DNA from: Planctomycetota bacterium
GTDB lineage: Bacteria > Planctomycetota > B15-G4 > SIAN01
Length of the DNA: 64,000 nucleotides
Direction of reading: 5' to 3'
NCBI GenBank assembly: GCA_031409275.1
Contig: JANNXA010000040.1
Coordinates: 128,001-192,000, forward strand
Shown here: one piece after another, positions 19,475-28,827 of the stretch
How the letters are laid out: each line of letters begins with the position of its first letter
How positions within the stretch are numbered: position 1 is the first letter of the stretch
Translations under genes and position numbers: made by a program
Notes under the pieces: generated by a model
What the model was told of the DNA's origin: nothing
What the model saw: the letters and a program-made list of their open reading frames with translations, nothing else
Databases searched by the model: none

Positions 19475-22400
19475 TCACCGGAAATCACGCGACCGCGTCG
19501 CGAGCCGCCGGACCTGCTCGCTCAGGTCGGCGACGCGCTCGGCGAGCAGGTGCACCACGTCGCCGACGCGTTCCACCTTGCCCCGGACCAGCAGGAGGCG
19601 GCCGCTGATCACGGCCAGCCGATGCCTCTGTTGTTCGCGCTCGCGCACGATGACGTTGGCGACGCCGCTCTCATCCTCGAGCGTCATGAAGAGCACGCCC
19701 GACGCGGTGCCGGGCTTCTGGCGGTGCAGCACGAGGCCGGCGACGGCGGTGCGCGCGCCCTGCAGCGCGCGCGCCAGCACGCTGCACGGCGCACCGCCCA
19801 GCTGCGCCACGCGCGAACGCAGGAAGCGCAGCGGATGGGAGTGGAGCGTCAGCCCGGTCAACGCGTAGTCGGCGACGACGAGCTCCTCTTCGCGCGGCGG
19901 CGGCAAGGACGGCGCGGCCACCGTGTCGACCACCGCTTTCTCGAAGAGCGGCGCCGCTTCGCCCGCTGGCGCCGCCTGCCACCACGCCGCGCGGCGATGC
20001 GCCGCCAACGCCCCGAACGCGCCCGCCTCGGCCAGCAGGCGCGCGTCGCGCCGGGGAAGCTGCGCGCGCCGCGTCACCTCCTCCACATCGACGAAGGGCT
20101 GCTGCGCGCGCGCCGCCAGCAACCGCGCGACGCTCGCCGGCGACACGCCTTTGATCAGCTGCAATCCCAGCCGCAACGCCGGCACGGCCACTCCGCCGGC
20201 ACGGCCATCGACTTCGAGCGTCGACTCCCACGCGCTCGCAGCGACGTCGACGGCGCGCACCTCGACGCCATGCGCCCGCGCGTCGCGCACCAGCTGCGCC
20301 GGCGCATAGAAACCCATCGGCTGGCTGTTCAGCAGCGCGCAGGTCAACGCCGCCGGATGGTGGCACTTCAACCAGCACGACACCCAGGTCAGCAGCGCGA
20401 AGCTCGCCGCGTGGCTTTCGGGGAAGCCGTACTCGCCGAACCCCTTCAGCTGCTCGAAAAGGCGCCGCGCGAACTCGTCCGAGTAGCCGCGCGCCAGCAT
20501 CCCGTCGACCAGCTTCTTCTCGAAGCTCGCGATCAGGCCAGGCCGCCGCCACGCCCCCATCGCGCGCCGCAGCAGATCGGCCTCGCCCGGAGTGAAGCCG
20601 GCGGCGACCACCGCGAGCTTCATCGCCTGCTCCTGGAAGATCGGGACGCCGAGCGTCTTCTCCAGCACCGCCTTCACCGCTTCGGAGGGGTAGTCGACCC
20701 TCTCCTCGCCGGCGCGCCGTCGCAGGTAGGGATGGACCATGCCACCCTGGATCGGACCAGGCCGCACGATCGCCACCTGGATCACCAGGTCGTAGAAGCA
20801 GCGCGGCTTCAAGCGCGGCAGCATCGCCATCTGCGCACGGCTCTCGATCTGGAAGGTGCCGATGGTGTCGGCGCGCTGCACCATCGCCCAGGTCGCCGCG
20901 TCGTCCGCCGGCACGTTCGCCAGCGTGAGCTCGACGCCATGCACCGCGCGCACCAGCTCGAAACAGCGACGGATCGCGGAGAGCATCCCGAGCGCGAGGC
21001 AGTCGACCTTCAGGATCTTCAGCGCGTCGAGATCGTCCTTGTCCCACTGCAGGACGGTGCGCCCCTCCATCGCCGCGTTCTCGATCGGACAGAGCTCGTC
21101 GAGCCGTCCGCGCGTCATCACCATGCCGCCGACGTGCTGCGAGAGGTGACGCGGGAAGCCGTGCAGCTCGCGCGCCAACGCGACCACGCGACGCAAGGTC
21201 GCGTCGTGCGGATCGAAGCCCGCTTCGCGCAACGTCGCATCGGGCCAATCCGCTTCGTCCCAGCCGTGCAGCACGCCGGCCAGCCGCTCGACCTGATCGA
21301 GCGAGAGGCCAAGCGCCTTGCCGACATCGCGCACCGCGCTGCGCCCTCGCCACGTGATCACCGTGCCGGTCATCGCGCAGCTCTCGCGACCGTGACGCTC
21401 CCACAGATGCTGCAGCACCTCCTCGCGCCGCTCGTGCTCGAAGTCGATGTCGATGTCGGGCGGCTCGTTGCGATCCTTCGAAAGGAAGCGTTCGAAAAGG
21501 ACGTCGAAGCGATCGGGATCGACCGAGGTGACGCCCAGGCAGTAGCAGACCGCCGAGTTGGCCGCGCTGCCGCGCCCCTGGCAGAGGATCCCGCGCCCGC
21601 GCGCGAAGCTGACCAGCTCATGCACGGTGAGGAAGTAGCTCTCGTAGCGCAGCTCCGCGATCAAGCGCAGCTCGTGGACGAGGAGCTTCTGCACCTTGTC
21701 GGGGATGCCGCCCGGCCAGCGCGCGCGCGCGCCGGCCAGCGTCAGCTCGGTCAAGCGCGCGTGGTCGCCCTCGTCGGGATAGGTGTAGCGCAGCTCGTCG
21801 AGGCGGAAGGTGCAGTGCTCCGCCACGTCGAGCGTCCGTTCGAGCAGTTCGAGGCGGCCGCGCGACCCGCCGGCGCCGCCAGGACCGTAGAGGCGTCGCA
21901 GTTCGGCGAGCGGCCGCAGCGGGCGCACCCCTTCGGTCGGCACGCGCTCGCCGAGTTCGGCCACGGTGCAGCCGTGACGGATGGCGAGGAGCGTGTCGCG
22001 CAGCGCGCGGCGCGCCGGGTCGTGCGTCTCGACCGCGCCGGTCGCCACCAACGGCAGCCGCGTCGCCGCGGAAAGATGATCGAGGCGCGCGAGGCGAGCG
22101 CGATCGTCGGGGCCGTCGGCGAGGTTCGCGGCCAGCCACGCACGCTCGCCGAACAGCTCCTGCAGCCAACGCAGCCGCAACGCCGCGTGCGCCAGCTCCG
22201 CCGCGCCGGCCCGCGGAGCCAATGCCGCCTCGTCGGGCAATCCGATGGCGAGCAGCCCTTCCGCGTGGTCGGCGAGCAGCGCGCGATCGAGCCGCGCCTC
22301 ACCTTTCGGAGCGGCGCGTCTTCCCGCCGTGATCAAACGCGCGAGGCGCCCATAAGCCGCACGATCGGTGGCGTAGAGCAGCACGGTCGCGCCATCGATC

Positions 22401-22726
22401 AGCGCCACTTCGCTGCCGATCAGCAGCTTCAAGCGCGGGGGCTGACCGGCGGCCGGCGCCGTCGCCTGCGCCGCGACATGCGCGCGCACGACACCTGCCA
22501 ACGAACACTCGTCGGTGAGCGCGAGCGCGTGATAGTTGAGGGCCGCGGCGCGCTCCACGAGTTCGTCGGGATGGGAGGCGCCACGCTGGAAGGTGAAGTT
22601 GCTGACGCAGTGCAGCTCCGCGTAGCGCAGGAACGGTTCCGAAAGCGGCGGCGCCAGCGGCGCCTGACGTGACGGCGCCACGGTCGCCGGATGGGGATGG
22701 CGCTTCTTGCGCGGCAATTCAGGCAT
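19475..22726 (-). CDS. dnaE2: Error-prone DNA polymerase DnaE2 (ImuC)
   Basis: YAELHC.SNF.F.RGASHP, GRGSAANSAVCY, PDIDIDFE, FGEYGFPESHAASF, C-terminal SRDFR. Confidence 0.97.
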   Translation of the reverse strand: MPELPRKKRHPHPATVAPSRQAPLAPPLSEPFLRYAELHCVSNFTFQRGASHPDELVERAAALNYHALALTDECSLAGVVRAHVAAQATAPAAGQPPRLKLLIGSEVALIDGATVLLYATDRAAYGRLARLITAGRRAAPKGEARLDRALLADHAEGLLAIGLPDEAALAPRAGAAELAHAALRLRWLQELFGERAWLAANLADGPDDRARLARLDHLSAATRLPLVATGAVETHDPARRALRDTLLAIRHGCTVAELGERVPTEGVRPLRPLAELRRLYGPGGAGGSRGRLELLERTLDVAEHCTFRLDELRYTYPDEGDHARLTELTLAGARARWPGGIPDKVQKLLVHELRLIAELRYESYFLTVHELVSFARGRGILCQGRGSAANSAVCYCLGVTSVDPDRFDVLFERFLSKDRNEPPDIDIDFEHERREEVLQHLWERHGRESCAMTGTVITWRGRSAVRDVGKALGLSLDQVERLAGVLHGWDEADWPDATLREAGFDPHDATLRRVVALARELHGFPRHLSQHVGGMVMTRGRLDELCPIENAAMEGRTVLQWDKDDLDALKILKVDCLALGMLSAIRRCFELVRAVHGVELTLANVPADDAATWAMVQRADTIGTFQIESRAQMAMLPRLKPRCFYDLVIQVAIVRPGPIQGGMVHPYLRRRAGEERVDYPSEAVKAVLEKTLGVPIFQEQAMKLAVVAAGFTPGEADLLRRAMGAWRRPGLIASFEKKLVDGMLARGYSDEFARRLFEQLKGFGEYGFPESHAASFALLTWVSCWLKCHHPAALTCALLNSQPMGFYAPAQLVRDARAHGVEVRAVDVAASAWESTLEVDGRAGGVAVPALRLGLQLIKGVSPASVARLLAARAQQPFVDVEEVTRRAQLPRRDARLLAEAGAFGALAAHRRAAWWQAAPAGEAAPLFEKAVVDTVAAPSLPPPREEELVVADYALTGLTLHSHPLRFLRSRVAQLGGAPCSVLARALQGARTAVAGLVLHRQKPGTASGVLFMTLEDESGVANVIVREREQQRHRLAVISGRLLLVRGKVERVGDVVHLLAERVADLSEQVRRLATRSRDFR

Positions 22727-22747
22727 CGATGCGCCCTCGCGACCGCC

Positions 22748-24322
22748 TCAGCAGAACGAGCCGTGGCAGAACCAGCCGCCGCCGACGCGATCGCGGAAGA
22801 GCCAGCGGCGCTGTCCGTCCGGCGCCTCGACCTCGAAGTAGTCGCGCTCCACGTCGCGCCCATCCCACCAGCCGCCCGCGACCCGCTCCGGTCCGCGCAC
22901 CACTCGCAGCCGCTCGCCGCGCGCGCCGGTCTCGGCGCAGGGCGCGCCGCGTTCGTCGCACTCGATCGCGCAAGGTTGCGGCGGCTCGATCAACGTGAAG
23001 GGACGCGCGCCCAATGGCACGGCCCACGCGGCATTCGCCCGCGCGCGGCCATCCGCCGCGGCGACGCGTGGCGCGGCCGCTTCGCAGAGCGCCTGCCAGC
23101 GAAACGCGCGCTCGGGGCGCGGATCGGCGAGCAGTTGCGCCCCTTGCACCCGCTCACGACCGAGCCGCACCGCCAGTCGATCGGCCAACGCAGTCGCCGC
23201 CCGCTCGCCATCGCGATCGCGCTGCTGCGCGAAAAGCGGCCCCTGTTCCGCGGCGCACTCCACGCGCTGCGTGACCGCCAGCCGCACCGCTTCGATCGGC
23301 CCGGGCAACGGCTGGCGCTCGAGTCGATGGGAGAGCAGCAACAGGAGCAGCTCGGGATCGCGCGTCGGCGTGGCGGGCGCCAGTTCGAGCAGCGTCGACG
23401 GGCCTCTTCTCACCGGCACGAAAGAGAAGGTGGCGCCGGCCCATGCTTCGTTGCGCCGCTCGAGCTCGAGGCACGCCGACTGCAGCAGCCGTTCGCAAGC
23501 CACGAGCAGCGGAGCGCACTCCTGCACGGCGGCGGGCAGCTCGATCTCTTCTTCCAGCCGCTCGGGCACGACGATGCGCACCAGCGGCTCTTCGAGTTCG
23601 CCCAAGAGTCGCTGCAGCTGCTGCACGAAAGCGATCGAGGTGCGCGTCGCGAGGCCGGCGCGCGGCAGCGCAAGGAGCTCGCGCAACGTTCCCACCCCCA
23701 ACGCACGGCAGGCCCCCTCCACTGCTGGTGCTGGAGCCAGCGCCTGCCACGGCAACGCAGCGAAGAGCTCGCGCGCGGCGGCCGGCTCCAGCGTGGCGTT
23801 GGGCGCGTGGCGAGGCGCCGGGTCGCCGGCGAGTTCACTGGCACGCGCCAAGGTACGCGCCGCCTCGGACGTATCGGCAACGGCGATCTGCGCGTGATGG
23901 CCGGCGCGCTGGCACGCCGCGATCACCGTCGCAACCAACGCCTGCTCGCCGCCGAAGTGGAACGCGGTGCGCCCCACTTCGAGCGCCAGCGCGGCGGTGC
24001 CAGGCGCATCGGTCGGCCCACCGTCGAGACAGACATCGGGCGTGAAGCGCAGCAGCGCCACGGCGAGCCGCGCCAGCGCGCGCGCATCGGCCGCCGGATC
24101 GGCGCGCGCCACTTGCAGGCCCGCGCAAAGCGCTCGTGCCGCCGCCACCGCCTGCCCGGCACGCACGCCGGCCGCAAGCGCGGTGGCCGTCGCCGCGACG
24201 ATGCGTTCCCGTGCACCGTCACGCACCGACAGCGCGAACGCCGTCGTCGCGAGGGCCGGGCAGGCGCGCAGCCTCCGCTCCATGGCGAAGCGCGGCAGGC
24301 GCAGGCTCATCCAACGGATCAC
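22748..24322 (-). CDS. imuB: ImuB, inactive Y-family polymerase
   Basis: Y-family N-terminus; C-terminal GPERV.GGWW...RDYF...WLFRD..W; GTG start inferred. Confidence 0.9.
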   Translation of the reverse strand: MIRWMSLRLPRFAMERRLRACPALATTAFALSVRDGARERIVAATATALAAGVRAGQAVAAARALCAGLQVARADPAADARALARLAVALLRFTPDVCLDGGPTDAPGTAALALEVGRTAFHFGGEQALVATVIAACQRAGHHAQIAVADTSEAARTLARASELAGDPAPRHAPNATLEPAAARELFAALPWQALAPAPAVEGACRALGVGTLRELLALPRAGLATRTSIAFVQQLQRLLGELEEPLVRIVVPERLEEEIELPAAVQECAPLLVACERLLQSACLELERRNEAWAGATFSFVPVRRGPSTLLELAPATPTRDPELLLLLLSHRLERQPLPGPIEAVRLAVTQRVECAAEQGPLFAQQRDRDGERAATALADRLAVRLGRERVQGAQLLADPRPERAFRWQALCEAAAPRVAAADGRARANAAWAVPLGARPFTLIEPPQPCAIECDERGAPCAETGARGERLRVVRGPERVAGGWWDGRDVERDYFEVEAPDGQRRWLFRDRVGGGWFCHGSFC

Positions 24323-25067
24323 GCGACCACTCCAGCACGATCGGATCGGCCCCCAGCGACGCCCCTCCACGACAACGCAGCGGCCTCACCTGCAGCCGGC
24401 GGTGAGCCGACTCCGTCGACGGCAGCGGCGCCACTTCGAGCCGCACTGCCGCCGGCGACGGCTGACGCGCAAAGCCGAGCGGCCGCAGCAGCAGGCCGAC
24501 CGTGCCGCCCGCTTCCGCTGCGAGCTGCAGCCGGCGCAGGGAGCGATCGTCGAGCGCGTGCAGCCAGGTGATCACGAGGTCGCAGGCACCCGAACGCAGC
24601 GCGAGGTCGACCGCCCACGCCTGCTCCTGCGCATGGCGGGGCCGCACGAAGAGGCAGCGCGTCAGGTCGACGCCCGCCTGCCGCAGCGCTGGCGGGTAGG
24701 GCACGCGACTGGGATGGATCCACGCCACGAGCCGCGCCGGCCCGACGTCGCTCGCCGTGGCCGTCAACGCCGGCAACAGTGCCTCGAGGACGCCGGCGCC
24801 TTCTGCCGCGCACAGCAGCTCATGCAATGCACCGACCTGCCAGCCGCCACCAAGCAGCGCATCGAGTTCGGCGAAACCGGTGGTCAGCGTCGTCGCGCGG
24901 GGGTTGGCCGCGTGCCGCGCGGCACCGCCGGCCCCCGCATGATGAGAGCGCTCGAGTTCTTCGAGTTGCGTGCGCAACCGGCCGAGCTCGCAGCGGCGGC
25001 GCAGCTCCTCGCGGGCGCGCTCGATCCGGTGATGGTTCGGCGTGAAGGAGTCATCCGCCGCTCTCAT
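24219..25067 (-). CDS. imuA: ImuA, RecA-like translesion accessory protein
   Basis: TGFAELDALLGGGW..GALHE, PYPPAL, RRLQLAAE.G, SPAAVRL. Confidence 0.92.
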   Translation of the reverse strand: MRAADDSFTPNHHRIERAREELRRRCELGRLRTQLEELERSHHAGAGGAARHAANPRATTLTTGFAELDALLGGGWQVGALHELLCAAEGAGVLEALLPALTATASDVGPARLVAWIHPSRVPYPPALRQAGVDLTRCLFVRPRHAQEQAWAVDLALRSGACDLVITWLHALDDRSLRRLQLAAEAGGTVGLLLRPLGFARQPSPAAVRLEVAPLPSTESAHRRLQVRPLRCRGGASLGADPIVLEWSRDPLDEPAPAALRHGAEAARLPGPRDDGVRAVGA

Positions 25068-25726
25068 CGTCCCGCCCTCCCAAGCTGCGTGCGCACCAGC
25101 CCCACCACGCGCCCCTCGATCACCACTTGCGTGCGCGTCGGGTCGACCACGAACGGCTGCAGTCGCGCATTGGCCGGCTCGAGCACGACGCGCCGCGCCG
25201 CGCCGCGCCCGCGCCACCGGAAGCGCTTGACCGTCACCTCGTCATCGAGCCGCACCACCGCGATCTCGCCGTCGACGACGGTCGGCGTGCGCTGCACCGC
25301 AACGAGGTCGCCCGACTCGATGCCCGCGTCCACCATCGAGTCGCCACGCACGCGCAGCAGGAAGTCGGCCGGCGCACGAAACAGCGCGCCGTCGATCTCG
25401 ACCTCGCGCTCGAAGTGCTCCTGCGCGAGGATCGGCTGCCCCGCCGCCACCTCGCCGATCACCGGCAACCGGCGCACTCCGCCGCGCGCGAGAGGCGACG
25501 CGCCGCCAACGATCCCATCGAGCAGCCGCAATCCGCGCGAGCGACCCGGCTCGATCGCCACGACGCCTTTGCGCACGAGCAAACGCAGGTGCTGCGCCGC
25601 CGCCGTGGCCGACGCGAAACCAAGCCCCGCCGCGATCTCGGCGTGCGTCGGCGGGAAGCCGCGTTGCGCAAGGAAGCGGCGGATGAAGTCGAGTACCCGA
25701 ACCTGGGCGGTGGTGGGCGGGCGCAT
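25064..25726 (-). CDS. lexA: LexA repressor
   Basis: GFPPT..EIA wHTH, VAAG cleavage site, GDSM (Ser), VTVKRF (Lys). Confidence 0.95.
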   Translation of the reverse strand: MRPPTTAQVRVLDFIRRFLAQRGFPPTHAEIAAGLGFASATAAAQHLRLLVRKGVVAIEPGRSRGLRLLDGIVGGASPLARGGVRRLPVIGEVAAGQPILAQEHFEREVEIDGALFRAPADFLLRVRGDSMVDAGIESGDLVAVQRTPTVVDGEIAVVRLDDEVTVKRFRWRGRGAARRVVLEPANARLQPFVVDPTRTQVVIEGRVVGLVRTQLGRAGR

Positions 25727-25742
25727 GGGGCTCTCTGCGAAA

Positions 25743-25762
25743 TAGTGTTCATCCAAACAGTA
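25743..25762. promoter_or_regulatory. Putative LexA operator (SOS box)
   Basis: TAGTGTTCATCCAAACAGTA, an AT-rich near-palindrome about 20 bp upstream of the lexA ATG. Confidence 0.75.
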
Positions 25763-25958
25763 TTCCGAGAAATCAAACGCGCAAGGCCTCTTCGCACTCC
25801 GGGGAGCGGGCGGCAACCGCGGCTTTCACCCGGGGAGGGCCCGCTCCCAGGCTCAAGCCCCCCCCCACCACGCAGCCGATGGTCGCGGACAAGAAGGAGC
25901 CAGTCGCGACGGCGCTCGCTGGCCGCCGCGCTCTCTCCGGAGGACCGCTGTGCTCGCG

Positions 25959-26462
25959 ATGCCGCTTTTCCGTACCTGCCTGTTGGCTGCTGCCGCGTTC
26001 GTCCTGCCTGGCGGGGCCGATCCCGTCGGCGGCAACGTCGCTGGCACCGGTGTCAACGATCGTCTCGGCACCCGTTCGACGAGCTCGATGCTCGCCTCGT
26101 CGATCCTGTTCCGTGGCCAGCCACTGCGCACGCCACCCGGCGTGCGCGTCCTCTCGTCGAACACGATCCTGCTCGGCGGCGTGGCCGTCGAAATCCCGAT
26201 CGACGTCACCCTCGAGTTCAGCGAGACCGGTGAAGCGGTCTTCGAACTCGCCAAGGACGCGCCGCCCCACGCGTGGGTGCTGACGGTCGGCAAGAAGAAG
26301 CTCGTCGCGAGCGCGAGCGCGCGCGCGATCGTCCCGCTGCCGGGCGTGGGTGAGCCGCGCATCGAGTGGAGCCGGTCGGCCTATCCGGTTCCTGCACCTC
26401 GGGATTCCCTGAACCGTGCCCGTGACTTGAAGGATCCCTTTGATGCCAGCCCTTACCGCTAG
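25959..26462 (+). CDS. Hypothetical secreted protein heading the polysaccharide cluster
   Basis: Signal-peptide-like N-terminus; overlaps the next gene. Confidence 0.6.
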   Translation: MPLFRTCLLAAAAFVLPGGADPVGGNVAGTGVNDRLGTRSTSSMLASSILFRGQPLRTPPGVRVLSSNTILLGGVAVEIPIDVTLEFSETGEAVFELAKDAPPHAWVLTVGKKKLVASASARAIVPLPGVGEPRIEWSRSAYPVPAPRDSLNRARDLKDPFDASPYR

Positions 26463-27726
26463 CCGCGCCTTCCTCCTCGTCCCGTTCCTCGCCGGCCACG
26501 CGCTGGCGCAGGACAACGCGGGAGGAAGCCAGGCCACCGGCAACGTCGTTCCCGCCGACACCGCGGGCTGGCAAGCGCTGGCCCGCGACCTGTTCCTGTC
26601 GGGCGAAAGCAGCCTCGTCGACCCCGGTCGCATCGAGCCGCTGCCGCGCCAGATCTTCAAGCTCGGCCCAGTCGAGCTGCTCCCCAAGATCGACGAGCAG
26701 GTGGTCTACGACGACAACGTCTTCCTCACCGAGAAGGACGAGGAGCGCGACTTCATCCTGCGCACCGGACTCGGGCTGCTGGCCGACTACCGCTTCGGCT
26801 CGAACCAGCACCGCCTGAGCGCCGGCTACGACATGACGCGCCACTGGTTCCTCGGCGGTGAAGCCAAGAACTTCGTCGAGCAGCTCGCCTCCGTGCAGCT
26901 CGAACTGCGCTTCCGCCGGCTCGAGCTTGCGATCGGCGACCGTTTCGAGGATCGCACCGATCCGATCCTGTCGGTCTTCACCGGCAAGATCGAGCGCAAC
27001 ATCAACACGGTCCATGGCCGCGCGGCGTGGCGCGAGGACGAGTGGACGCTCGAACTGCGAGCGCAGCGCTCGACCACCGCCTTCGACGACTCCTCCTTCG
27101 AGGCGTTCGATCGCGACGAGGACCTCGCCAGCCTCGAATGGTCGGCACGCGCCGAAGAGGAGCTGACCGGCTTCGCGCGCCTCGACGGCATGGCGCGCAG
27201 CTTCGACCAGAACGCCCTGAACGACATGGACGGCGTCGCCGGCTCGGTCGGCGTGCGCGCGCGGCGCGGCACCGAGATCGATGCCATGGCACGCGTCGGC
27301 GTGCGCGCCGAGAGCTTCGACGACGGCGCCGCCACCGATGCCGACGACAGCGCGATCAACCCCGAGCTCGAGGCGCGTCTGCGCTGGTGGCTGATCCAAT
27401 CCGCCGCGCTCGAGCTGCGCGTCGAACGGACCACCGAGTTCTCGCCGATCTCGAACTACGAAGTGGCGTCGCGCGGCGAAGTGACCTGGATGCACCAGCT
27501 CGAAACGCGCCTCTCGGCGCGCGTCGGCAGCGGCATCGAGCACATCGACCCGTCGAACACCGATGCCTCGTTCGTCCGCTACACGTTCGGCGCCGGCATG
27601 CGCTACGCGCTCAGCGACAACGCCGACCTCACGCTCGGCTGGCGCCTGCGCATGCGCCACACGCGCGCCGCCACCGGCGACTACTCCGGCAACCAGTTCA
27701 CGCTCGGCGTCGCGCTGCGGCTCTAG
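26443..27726 (+). CDS. Polysaccharide-associated outer-membrane beta-barrel protein
   Basis: Signal peptide, YDDNVF motif, alternating beta strands, terminal GVALRL. Confidence 0.8.
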   Translation: MPALTASRAFLLVPFLAGHALAQDNAGGSQATGNVVPADTAGWQALARDLFLSGESSLVDPGRIEPLPRQIFKLGPVELLPKIDEQVVYDDNVFLTEKDEERDFILRTGLGLLADYRFGSNQHRLSAGYDMTRHWFLGGEAKNFVEQLASVQLELRFRRLELAIGDRFEDRTDPILSVFTGKIERNINTVHGRAAWREDEWTLELRAQRSTTAFDDSSFEAFDRDEDLASLEWSARAEEELTGFARLDGMARSFDQNALNDMDGVAGSVGVRARRGTEIDAMARVGVRAESFDDGAATDADDSAINPELEARLRWWLIQSAALELRVERTTEFSPISNYEVASRGEVTWMHQLETRLSARVGSGIEHIDPSNTDASFVRYTFGAGMRYALSDNADLTLGWRLRMRHTRAATGDYSGNQFTLGVALRL

Positions 27727-27795
27727 AGAGTTCGCAACCTCGCGGCGACCGCCCAAGAAACGGTCGTCGCGCGCCAGAAGAAGAGGAGAGGAGAA

Positions 27796-28818
27796 GTGAG
27801 GAGAGCTGCTTCGCGCGCTCGCGCGCTGTGCATCGCCGTCGCCTTCCTGGCGGCCGGCTGCGCCAACGGTCGTGGCGTGCAGGACGCCCCGCCCGCGGAG
27901 GCGCACGCCGCCGCGACGGCCGCACCGGCCGCACCGCTCGTCGCGCATCAGCCGCCGCCCTCCATCCCGGCGCCGCAACCGCGTCGTCCCGCCGTCGCGA
28001 CGCAGGAGTGGATCGAGCCCGCAGCGACCGACGCGCCCAACGACGACCATCTCGCCGTCGGCGACGAAGTGCGCATCGTCGTGGTCGGCCAGACCGACCT
28101 CTCCACGCAACTGCCCGTGCCTCCGCGCGGCTCGATCGAGCTGCCGGTGATCGGCAGCCTCGCGCTTGCCGGTCGCACCGCCGCCGACGTCGCACTGGAA
28201 CTGCGCGCCCGCCTCGAAGCGGCGAAGTTCCTGGTGCAGCCCGAGGTGGCGGTCAGCGTGGTGCGCTTCGCCACGCGCCGCGTCTTCGTCGTCGAGGGCG
28301 TCGCGCGTCCCGAGGCCTACGAGCTGCCCGTCGGCGGCGGCCTCCACCTGACGCAGGTGATCGCGCTCGCCGGCGGCCTCTCCGCGGGTGCCGACCCGGC
28401 GCACGTCACGATCCTGCGCCGTCCGCGCGAAGGCGCCGCGCAGCGGATCGCCGTCGACCTGCGCACCATCCTCGATTCGGAGCAAGTCGGCCTCGACCCG
28501 ATCCTCGAGCCGAACGACACCGTCATCGTGCGCGACCTGAAGCAGGGCGAGCAGCAGGTCTTCGTCACCGGCAAGGTGCGAACGCCTGGCGCGCACCGCT
28601 TCTCGCCGCGCGAGGGGATCAGCTTCCTGCAGGCGATCGTGCTGGCGGGCGGCCTCGACAAGTACGCCAACCCGGCGCGCGCCGCGCTGCTGCGCCGCAC
28701 CGAGGACGGCCGCATCACCATCGCCGTCGACCTCGAACGAATCCTCGCCGGCGACCTCGATCGCGACCTGCCCCTGCAAGCCGGTGACGTCGTCTTCGTG
28801 CCCGAATCCTTCTTCTGA
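27796..28818 (+). CDS. OPX/Wza-type polysaccharide export lipoprotein with SLBB domains
   Basis: LAAGC lipobox, GDEVRI..G.I.LP.IG PES motif, two SLBB repeats, ends GDVVFVPESFF. Confidence 0.9.
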   Translation: MRRAASRARALCIAVAFLAAGCANGRGVQDAPPAEAHAAATAAPAAPLVAHQPPPSIPAPQPRRPAVATQEWIEPAATDAPNDDHLAVGDEVRIVVVGQTDLSTQLPVPPRGSIELPVIGSLALAGRTAADVALELRARLEAAKFLVQPEVAVSVVRFATRRVFVVEGVARPEAYELPVGGGLHLTQVIALAGGLSAGADPAHVTILRRPREGAAQRIAVDLRTILDSEQVGLDPILEPNDTVIVRDLKQGEQQVFVTGKVRTPGAHRFSPREGISFLQAIVLAGGLDKYANPARAALLRRTEDGRITIAVDLERILAGDLDRDLPLQAGDVVFVPESFF

Positions 28819-28827
28819 GCCGAGCTG

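Noticed and set aside
19460..22672. 1070-aa plus-strand ORF (likewise 7470-10127)
   Set aside because: Antisense shadows of dnaE2 and the SNF2 helicase
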